A program made the translations under genes and the position numbers. From an uncultured Gemmatimonadaceae bacterium (lineage in GTDB: Bacteria; Gemmatimonadota; Gemmatimonadetes; Gemmatimonadales; Gemmatimonadaceae), in the NCBI GenBank assembly GCA_963761305.1, contig CAVXGK010000001.1, forward strand, positions 1,088,001 to 1,152,000: a stretch of 64,000 bases of DNA, given 5' to 3'. The notes under the pieces were generated by a model. It saw only the letters and a program-made list of their open reading frames with translations, was not told the origin of the DNA and made no database searches. Below, piece by piece: positions 56,510 through 64,000 of this stretch; position 1 is the first letter of the stretch; each line of letters begins with the position of its first letter.

Positions 56510-57568
56510 ATGACATCAATTCCGAAACCGGCAGTTCGCCACCCTTCTCTCCCGAAAAATTCGCTCGGGCTGACGAAGCGCGACTACGAAGGCGCGATGT
56601 CGACCCTCTGCGCCGGCTGCGGGCATGACTCGATCACCGCCGCGCTCGTCCAGGCGCTCTGGGAGCTGGAGCTTCCGCCGCACCGCGCCGCGAAGATGAG
56701 CGGCATCGGCTGCTCGTCGAAGACGACGGCCTACTTCCTCCGGCAGTCGCACGGCTTCAACGGCGTGCACGGTCGCATGCCGGCGCTCGCCACCGGCGCG
56801 AACGCGGCGAATCGCGACCTCGCCTACATCGGCATCTCGGGAGACGGCGACTCGTTGTCTATCGGACTGGGACAACTGTGCCATGCCATCAGGCGAAACG
56901 TGAACATGATGTACGTCCTCGAGAACAACGGCGTCTACGGACTCACCAAGGGTCAGTTCTCGGCGTCGTCGGACGTGGGTTCGAAGTCGAAGAAGGGCGA
57001 AGCCAACCTTCAACAACCCATCGACCCTGTTCTGCTCGCGCTCACGCTCGGCGCGACGTTCGTGGCGCGTAGCTTTTCCGGCGACAAGACACAGCTGACG
57101 CCGATCCTCAAAGCGGCGATGAAGCACAACGGCTTCGCGCTGATCGACGTCATCTCGCCGTGCGTGAGCTTCAACGACCACGACTCGTCGACGAAGAGCT
57201 ACCGCTACACGCGCGAGCACTACAACGAGCTTGCGCCGGTGGACTTCGTGCCGCTGCGCCGAGAGATCACCGCGGATTCGGGTGCGTCGAACGGCGCCGT
57301 GAGCGTGACGATGCACGACGGAAGCGTCGTGCGGTTCCGTCACGTCGCCTCCAATTACGATCCGCGCGACCGCGATGCGGCGTACGCGCACGTGCGAGAG
57401 CACATGTCGCGCGGAGAAGTCGTGACGGGCCTTCTCTACATCGACGAGAAGGGCTCGGACATGCACGCCCTCGCCAAGACGGCGAAGACGCCGCTCGTCG
57501 ACCTGCCGTTCGACGACCTCTGCCCGGGAAGCGCCAGGCTGGCCGAGCTGATGGAAGAGTACCACTAG
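56510..57568 (+). CDS. korB: 2-oxoacid:ferredoxin oxidoreductase beta subunit
   Basis: LCAGCGHD, SGIGCSSK, HGRMP, GDGDSLSIG, NNGVYGLTKGQFS. Confidence 0.93.
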   Translation: MTSIPKPAVRHPSLPKNSLGLTKRDYEGAMSTLCAGCGHDSITAALVQALWELELPPHRAAKMSGIGCSSKTTAYFLRQSHGFNGVHGRMPALATGANAANRDLAYIGISGDGDSLSIGLGQLCHAIRRNVNMMYVLENNGVYGLTKGQFSASSDVGSKSKKGEANLQQPIDPVLLALTLGATFVARSFSGDKTQLTPILKAAMKHNGFALIDVISPCVSFNDHDSSTKSYRYTREHYNELAPVDFVPLRREITADSGASNGAVSVTMHDGSVVRFRHVASNYDPRDRDAAYAHVREHMSRGEVVTGLLYIDEKGSDMHALAKTAKTPLVDLPFDDLCPGSARLAELMEEYH

Positions 57569-57598
57569 CGCCCTTGCGGACGCTGCATCGCCGAGCCT

Positions 57599-58176
57599 AT
57601 GCTCGGCGACATGCTCGAGTATGAACTCCCCGAGGTGACGGCCGTGCGGCACGTGAGAGAACACATGCTGTGGCTTCGCTTTTCCGACGGCATCGAGGGC
57701 GAGGTCGACCTGAGCGACGGGCTGCGCGGGCCGATCTTCGAGCCGCTGCGTGATCCCGCCAGGTTCGGCGAAGTCGCCGTCGAACACGGGACGATCGCCT
57801 GGTCGAACGGAGCCGATTGGGCGCCCGAAACGCTCTACGACCGACTGCGCGCGGCCATTGGGTTGGATACGCGTTCTTTCGGTGATGCTCGCCGCGACGA
57901 GTCGACGTACATCGCCGGAATGCCGGAAGTCAGCCGATTCTACGGCATCGTCATTCGCATGCTCGCCAACGAACACGCCTCGCCGCAGTTCCATGCGACG
58001 TACGGCGAGTACCACGTCAGCTTGACCATCGAGGACGGCGTCGTCACGGGTCGCTTTCCGACACGAGCACTCGACTCGTCGTCGAGTGGGGCAAACTTCA
58101 CCGAGACGAGTTGTTGGAGAACTGGTCGCGACTCCGGAACGGAGAGACGCCGAAGGCGATTGCGCCGTTGGCTTGA
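57599..58176 (+). pseudogene. DUF2442-DUF4160 fusion, frameshifted near 58072
   Basis: LWLRFSDG...GPIFEPL...TIAWSNGADWAPETLY, then MPEVSRFYGIVIRM; shifted frame gives RLVVEWGKLHRDELLENW...IAPLA*. Confidence 0.8.
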
Positions 58177-58182
58177 CCGCGG

Positions 58183-59124
58183 TCACACCGGCGTCGACGT
58201 CCTCACTCGTCCGACCACGATGGTGGTGTTGTCCGATCCGCCTCGCTCGAGTGCGAGCTCGAGCAGCGCCCGGCAGAGCTGTTCGGACGATTCGAGGCCG
58301 AGTACGTGCTGCTCGATCTCGCGATCGGTGACGTGTTTCGTGAGACCGTCGCTGCACAAGAGCACGACCGGCCGTTCGCCGCGGACGTCGATGCGCGTCA
58401 CCACCGGCACGGCGGCGGATCCGCCGATCGCGCTCGAGAGCACGTGCGTGTACGGCGACTTGGCCGCCCGTTCGGGCGTCAGCACGCCTTGATCGACCAG
58501 ATCCTGCGCAACGGTTTGATCGCGAGTGATCTGGCGCATCACCCCGTTGCAGCAGAAGTACGCCCGGCTGTCGCCGACTTGCAGGACATAAAGCCAGGGC
58601 CAGACGACGATCCCGAACGTCAACGTCGTCGCCATGCCCGCGTTGCCGCGCATCGCCGATTCGACCGACACGGTCTCATGAGCGTTCAGCGCCGCCGCGC
58701 GCAGTCCGTCGAGAAAGAGCTTGTCGTCCGTCGCGCCGGCTGCGTGATAACAGCGCAGACTCGAGGAGACGTATGCCGTGACCGCCTCGGCCGCCAACCG
58801 GCTGGCGTCGCCTCCACCGAACTGACCGCCGACGCCGTCGGCGACGAGGAAGACAGTTGCCAGGCGCTGGCCACGAAGCGGCAACTGCTCGGCGTGGGAC
58901 AGACTCGTACCGTGCACGTGGACTTCGGGGTGAACGGTGCCGACGAAGAAATGATCCTGATTCTCCGTGCGAACCTTCCCGACGTGCGTGATCCCAAAGA
59001 GGTCCAGCGCACTGTCCGTCGGTCTCACGCCATGTTCGTCCGTCGACGCGACGGTTTCGACCGTCTGCGCTGCGAGAGTGGATCGCGGCGTCCGTGCGGA
59101 CGAGAAGAGCTGGGAAAGCTTCAT
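58183..59124 (-). CDS. PP2C-family Ser/Thr protein phosphatase
   Basis: THVGKVRTENQD, VADGVGG, VGDSRAY, TRDQT, LCSDGLT, GGSDN. Confidence 0.93.
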   Translation of the reverse strand: MKLSQLFSSARTPRSTLAAQTVETVASTDEHGVRPTDSALDLFGITHVGKVRTENQDHFFVGTVHPEVHVHGTSLSHAEQLPLRGQRLATVFLVADGVGGQFGGGDASRLAAEAVTAYVSSSLRCYHAAGATDDKLFLDGLRAAALNAHETVSVESAMRGNAGMATTLTFGIVVWPWLYVLQVGDSRAYFCCNGVMRQITRDQTVAQDLVDQGVLTPERAAKSPYTHVLSSAIGGSAAVPVVTRIDVRGERPVVLLCSDGLTKHVTDREIEQHVLGLESSEQLCRALLELALERGGSDNTTIVVGRVRTSTPV

Positions 59125-59268
59125 GACGACCCTCCTCACATCGTGGCTGGTCAGCCAACGCAAGCCTCGAGAAACGATGGCTCGACTTCCGGCAAAGGGC
59201 AAATCCCAGCAGCCTGGCGTCCGACCCGATCAAGCGACACCGTCATGCAGTCCCCGCCGAGAGCTAGC

Positions 59269-60594
59269 ATGCACCGACGACTCACAACCGCCCTTCTCGC
59301 GATTCTTGCCGCGGCTCAGGCCGCCGCCCAACAAGCCGACCCGGCGCTGCTGGCGGAGATTCGCGCGATCCGCGCCATCGACAATCACTCGCATCCACCG
59401 GCCCTCACCGCGCCGGGCCAGAAGGACGACGACTTCGACGCACTGCCGTGCGACCCGCTCGAACCGACCGATCCGGCGCTGAGCAGCCGTCCGGACAACC
59501 CGCGCTTTCTCGCAGCGTGGAAGGCGCTCTACGGCTATCGGTACAACGACGCCGACTCGGCGCACCTGCGTGAGTTGGTCGCCGCCAAGCAGCGGGTGAA
59601 GAGCGCTCAGGGCGACAAGTACGCGGTGTGGGTCCTCGACAAGCTCGGCATCGAGACGGAGCTGGCGAACCGCGTCGCGATCGGACGCGGCCTCGTGGCG
59701 CCGAGGTTTCGCTGGGTGCCGTTCGTCGACGCACTGCTCTTTCCGCTCGACAACAGCGGCGTCGCCAAATACACGCCGGACCGCAGTTTCTTTTTCGCGC
59801 GCGAGGACGCGATCCTGCGGCGCTACATGGCCGCCGTCAACGTGAGCCGCCGGCCGGCGACGCTCGACGCGTATCTCTCAGAGATCGTGACGCCGACGCT
59901 CGAGCGGCTCCAGCGCGAAGGCGCGGTGGCCATCAAATACGAAGCCGCTTATTTACGTCCGCTCAACTTCACCCGCGGCGACAGGGGGGCGGCCGATCGC
60001 GCGTTCGCCAGATACACGAACGCCGGCGTTCCATCGGACGCCGACTACGCGGCCGTGCAGGATTTCGTCTTTCACTTTGTCGCGGTCGAAGCCGGTCGAC
60101 TCGGGCTGCCGGTCCACATTCATACGGGCTACGGCTGCGGCGGCTATTTCGAGATCGCGGGGTCGAATCCACTGCTGCTCGAGCCGGTCCTCGACGACGC
60201 GTCGCTTCGCAAGACGAAGTTCGTGCTCCTGCACGGCGGCGCCGGTCCGTTTTCGAAGGAGGTCGCGGCGCTTCTCATGAAGCCGAACGTCTACACCGAT
60301 TTCTCCGAGCAGACGTGGCTCCTCCCTACGCGCGAGCTGGCGACGAGCATCCGCTACTGGCTCGAGTGGTATCCCGAGAAGGTGTTGTTCGGGACCGACC
60401 TCTCGCCGGGAACGCCTTCCATAGATTGGGAAGAGATCGGCTGGCAGACGACGACGTCGGGGCGAGAGGCGCTGGCGATCGCGCTGACCGGTATGATGAA
60501 CGACGGCGAGATCGCGAGACCGCGCGCGTCGGAGATCGCGCGGATGGTGATGCGCGGAAACGCGCTCCGGCTTTACGGCTGGCCCGACAAATAG
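59269..60594 (+). CDS. Amidohydrolase family protein (secreted)
   Basis: [33 protein letters not shown]. Confidence 0.85.
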   Translation: MHRRLTTALLAILAAAQAAAQQADPALLAEIRAIRAIDNHSHPPALTAPGQKDDDFDALPCDPLEPTDPALSSRPDNPRFLAAWKALYGYRYNDADSAHLRELVAAKQRVKSAQGDKYAVWVLDKLGIETELANRVAIGRGLVAPRFRWVPFVDALLFPLDNSGVAKYTPDRSFFFAREDAILRRYMAAVNVSRRPATLDAYLSEIVTPTLERLQREGAVAIKYEAAYLRPLNFTRGDRGAADRAFARYTNAGVPSDADYAAVQDFVFHFVAVEAGRLGLPVHIHTGYGCGGYFEIAGSNPLLLEPVLDDASLRKTKFVLLHGGAGPFSKEVAALLMKPNVYTDFSEQTWLLPTRELATSIRYWLEWYPEKVLFGTDLSPGTPSIDWEEIGWQTTTSGREALAIALTGMMNDGEIARPRASEIARMVMRGNALRLYGWPDK

Positions 60595-60596
60595 AC

Positions 60597-61741
60597 TCAC
60601 TTCGTCAGCGGCTTCACACGAAGGAGCAGGCCTTTCGGATTGTCGGTGATCAGATAGATGTAGCCGTCGGGACCCTGGCGCACGTCGCGAATTCGTTCGT
60701 GCAGCTCGTGCAGATAGCGCTCCTCGGTCGCGACAACTCCATTTCGCAGCGTGAGGCGTACCAGCGCCTGCGACGCCAGCCCGCCGACGAAGATGCTTCC
60801 GCGCCACTCGGGAAACTTGTCGCCCGTGTAGAACAACATCCCCGACGGTGCGATCACCGGGTCCCAGTAATACACGGGCTGTTCCATGCCTTGCTTCACC
60901 GCGCCTTCGCCGATCGGTGTCAGGTCGTAGTTGCGCCCGTAGCTGATGACGGGCCATCCGTAGTTCTTGCCTGCCGGGATGATTCAGCTCGTCGCCGCCG
61001 CGCGCGCCATGCTCCACGGTCCAGAGTTGCCCCGTCGCCGGGTCGACCGCCGCCGCCTCCACGTTGCGATGCCCATAGGACCAGATCTCCGGGCGCGCGT
61101 TGGTGCGAGAGACAAACGGGTTGTCGCGCGGGATCGAGCCGTCGCGATTGATGCGCACGATCTTTCCCAGGTCGCTCGACAAGTCCTGGGCCTGTTCACG
61201 AAAGGCGAATCGCTCGCCTTACGTGATCCACATGGTGCTATCCCGACCGAAGGCGATGCGCGAGCCAAAATGGTTGTCACTTTTGACCTTCGGCTGCTGC
61301 CGATAGATCACGCGAACATCATCCAGCGCCGAGTCGGAGAGATGCGCTCGCGCGACCGCGGTGCCGGCGGTGCCGTCTGGACCAGGCTCGGCGAACGACA
61401 GATAGATGATGTGATTCGTCTCGAACGCCGGGTCGAGCGCGACGTCGAGCAGTCCACCTTGTCCCTGCGCGTAGACCGTCGGCACGCCGGCCAACGGCGC
61501 GGACACGTGGCCGTCGGAATCGACGAGGCGGAGGCGACCAGGTCGCTCGGTCACGATCATTCGACCGTCGGGAAGGAACTCGAGCCCCCACGGCGAAGTG
61601 AGCCGCTTGGCGACCGTGTCGACGCGGACCGCGCCGACGATCGGCTTGGCGTTCGGCGAGCGCGGCGCCGGCCCGTGTGGATCGCACGCGCATCGTCGTG
61701 AGAAGCAATGCCATGCCTTTCATCCCGGTGCGCCGCGCCAT
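60597..61741 (-). pseudogene. PQQ-dependent sugar dehydrogenase (Sdh/YliI-like), disrupted
   Basis: [46 protein letters not shown]; frameshifts near 61690 and 60975; in-frame TAA at 61219-61221. Confidence 0.88.
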
Positions 61742-61744
61742 TTA

Positions 61745-63064
61745 CTAGCGCGCCTGAATCGGTGCTGACTGTCCGTGCAACAGGGCCGTGAGCCACGCGG
61801 TCGAGCGCGTCGTCCACGCCATCTGCTGCTCGGCGGTTGCCTGGTGATTGTGAGGAGCGTTGGTCAGCGGCACGGCCTCCTTCGGTCCTGTGATCTGGTT
61901 GAACACCGTCCAGATGCCGATCGACGGAGCGACTTTGTCGAGGAAGCCCATCGCCACCATCGTCGGCACACGAATGCGCGACGCGAAGTTCACAACGTCG
62001 AAGTACGGCGCGGTCTCCATGACGCGCGGGTTCTTCGAGTCCCAGAACGGGTAGCCGGCATCGCGTCCGTGTAGCGCGGCGGTCGCGTCCGCGCCTGCGG
62101 GCACGTGCACCACGACCGCCGAAACGCTCGAGTTGAGCGCCGCGGTGACGAGACTCTGCTGGCCGCCCATGCTGATGCCGGTGGCGACGAGCGTCCGTCC
62201 GTCCCACTCCGGGCGCGCCGTGAGGAACTCCACGGCCCGGTAGTCGCCGAGGTACATCTGAAGGAAGTAGTTGTGATCGCGGTCGGAGTCGTTGATGCGC
62301 TGATACTCCTTGAACATCTGCGGCAGCGCGTCGTAGAACGCCTGCGGCAGGTCGCTCGGCACGTCGTGCGGTTCGACGTTGACGGCGAACCAGCCCTCCG
62401 CGGCTCGGTCGGTGACCCACGACTTCGCGAGCGGATATGGTGGGCTCGCCCACTGAAAGATGATCAGCGCCGGGAATTTTCCGTCGCGCTTGGGAGCCGC
62501 CATCTGCCCGTAGACGTGCGCGCCGCCGACGTTGTCGAGCCGGAAGGTGGCATAGTCGACGCCCTCGACGCCGCTCTCCTTCGGCGTGACGACGGCGTTC
62601 ATCGGGACGCTGGCGAGGAGATCGAGCTTGGATTTCCAAAACGCATCGAAATCCGGTGGACGCGGTGCGTCCGGCTGGATTTTCGTCGGGTCGACCGCCG
62701 CCGCGAGCGCGACGAGCCCGGGGCCGCCAGTGTGCACGTCGCCGAAGTCAGTCGTTCCGGCCGGAGGCTTGATCTCGACGCGCACCATGCCGGGTTCGGC
62801 GAGCGAGGTCTCGATTCTTGCCGGGCCGCGGGAGAGATCGAGCGTCCCCGACTTGATCGTGCGCTGACCGTTCTCGGTGATCGTGTAGGTGTACGCGCCG
62901 CTCACAACGTGCTGGCCCGCGGCAACCGCGATCGTCCAGCCGACAGTCTCGTTCACGCGGTAGATGTCGGACTTCGCGAAGGGCGTCGCGACGATCTGCG
63001 CGCGAACAGGGACAATGGCGATCGACAGCGCGACGACGCAGAGCCGAGTCGAAGACAATGTCAT
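61745..63064 (-). CDS. Acetylxylan esterase / cephalosporin-C deacetylase (alpha/beta hydrolase)
   Basis: PPDFDAFW, GISMGG nucleophile elbow, YFDVVNFASRI; signal peptide. Confidence 0.88.
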   Translation of the reverse strand: MTLSSTRLCVVALSIAIVPVRAQIVATPFAKSDIYRVNETVGWTIAVAAGQHVVSGAYTYTITENGQRTIKSGTLDLSRGPARIETSLAEPGMVRVEIKPPAGTTDFGDVHTGGPGLVALAAAVDPTKIQPDAPRPPDFDAFWKSKLDLLASVPMNAVVTPKESGVEGVDYATFRLDNVGGAHVYGQMAAPKRDGKFPALIIFQWASPPYPLAKSWVTDRAAEGWFAVNVEPHDVPSDLPQAFYDALPQMFKEYQRINDSDRDHNYFLQMYLGDYRAVEFLTARPEWDGRTLVATGISMGGQQSLVTAALNSSVSAVVVHVPAGADATAALHGRDAGYPFWDSKNPRVMETAPYFDVVNFASRIRVPTMVAMGFLDKVAPSIGIWTVFNQITGPKEAVPLTNAPHNHQATAEQQMAWTTRSTAWLTALLHGQSAPIQAR

Positions 63065-63139
63065 TAGACGAGAGGGTGAGTTTGATTCGCGCGGGCGGGT
63101 CTCGCCCGTCGGCGTTCGTCTTGGCGAGAAGGAAAACTC

Positions 63140-63256
63140 AACGCAGATGCCGCAGATGATAACGACAATCCCGCAGATGAAACGCGAAGGCGTCGTCGAA
63201 GTCAACCCACGCGTTCAATCTGCGGCATTGCTGTTCAGATCTGCGTCATCTGCGTT
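63140..63256. repeat. REPIN-like palindrome, ACGCAGATGCCGCRGAT family (solo copy)
   Basis: AACGCAGATGCCGCAGAT...CCGCAGAT / ATCTGCGG...ATCTGCGTCATCTGCGTT. Confidence 0.9.
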
Positions 63257-63287
63257 TCAGTTTTGTCGGTCCCGATCGTAGCCCGGG

Positions 63288-64000
63288 TTAGGCAGCGCCC
63301 ACGGTTTCCCCGGCGCGCGCCGGGCGCGGCGCGGCGCGCGCGCCCTCCTCTTCGACCAGACTCACGATCCCCGTTTCGAGCCAGGAGTGCTCGCCACGCA
63401 TCACCTGCTGCGCGACTTTGTACATCTGCGCGTCGTACTCGCCGTAGAAGTTCGCGAACAGGTGCTTCACTCGCATCTGCGCCGCTCGGCAGAAGAGATC
63501 CGCCAGCGTGATCGCCTCGCGATTCCCCTGCTTGGCGAGCATCTGTGCCCGCACGCACGTCGCCGCCATCGCGAACAGCTCGGCACCGATGTCGACGGCT
63601 CTGAACAACACGAGCTGCCGCCGCTCGAGCTTCGGCCCGAGCCGGACCATGGCGTGGAAAATCGCCCGCCCGAGCTTCCGCGTGTGGCGTTCGGCGAAGC
63701 GCATGTGCTTGGCGAGCGATCCGAAGCTCCGGAACGATCCCGGGACCTGGCCGGCGCCGATCCACCGCGCCGGATACCACGCCGGATAGAACTTCATCAC
63801 GCGCCCGAACGCGGCCGCCTTCTCGGCGCCCGACGAGTTCTTGTCCACGAGGGCGAATGCGGTCTTGAAATGATGGTCCACCGCCTCGCGGGCGATGAAC
63901 AAGCGCATGATCTCCGACGAGCCCTCGAAGATCAGGTTGATCCGCGCGTCGCGCATCGCGCGCTCGAGCGGGATCGGACGCTCGCCGCGCGCGCGCAGCG
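63288..64000 (-). CDS. Acyl-CoA dehydrogenase, C-terminal part (5' end outside the window)
   Basis: ERAMRDARINLIFEGSSEIMRLFIAREA. Confidence 0.88.
   Translation of the reverse strand, partial: LRARGERPIPLERAMRDARINLIFEGSSEIMRLFIAREAVDHHFKTAFALVDKNSSGAEKAAAFGRVMKFYPAWYPARWIGAGQVPGSFRSFGSLAKHMRFAERHTRKLGRAIFHAMVRLGPKLERRQLVLFRAVDIGAELFAMAATCVRAQMLAKQGNREAITLADLFCRAAQMRVKHLFANFYGEYDAQMYKVAQQVMRGEHSWLETGIVSLVEEEGARAAPRPARAGETVGAA

Noticed and set aside
58177..58492. Ser-rich C-terminal extension of the 57599..58492 ORF
   Set aside because: Artefact of the frameshift near 58072; it overlaps the antisense PP2C gene.

Overview
High-GC bacterial chromosomal window. The gene content (PadR plus ADOP-type ABC permeases, Ser/Thr kinase-TPR and BTAD-TPR proteins, many lipoproteins) suggests Gemmatimonadota; this is inference. 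It holds about 55 CDSs, including rnz, mgtE, cysK, a UvrA paralogue, korAB with a GltD-like partner, amidases, an arylsulfatase and an ECF sigma factor, plus tRNA-Gln(CTG), tRNA-Ala(CGC) and several decayed genes. No CRISPR array, rRNA, integrase or transposase was seen. The most striking signal is a set of small genes framed by their own repeats. (1) A four-helix-bundle (23S-IVS/Avd-like) gene lies between two mutually inverted arrays of a 75-bp unit (3 + 2 copies). (2) A GxxExxY nuclease-fold gene is flanked by two REPIN-like palindromes whose family also occurs solo at three other intergenic sites. (3) A GGTGGACR octamer family forms a 6+6 hairpin and has also entered korA in frame. These resemble RAYT/REPIN systems but involve different proteins. 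Other oddities are a 228-bp inverted repeat beside tRNA-Gln, terminator-like hairpins in both tRNA leaders, and a reversed, fused and frameshifted DUF2442-DUF4160 module. All family assignments come from motif recognition by eye; no database searches were run.
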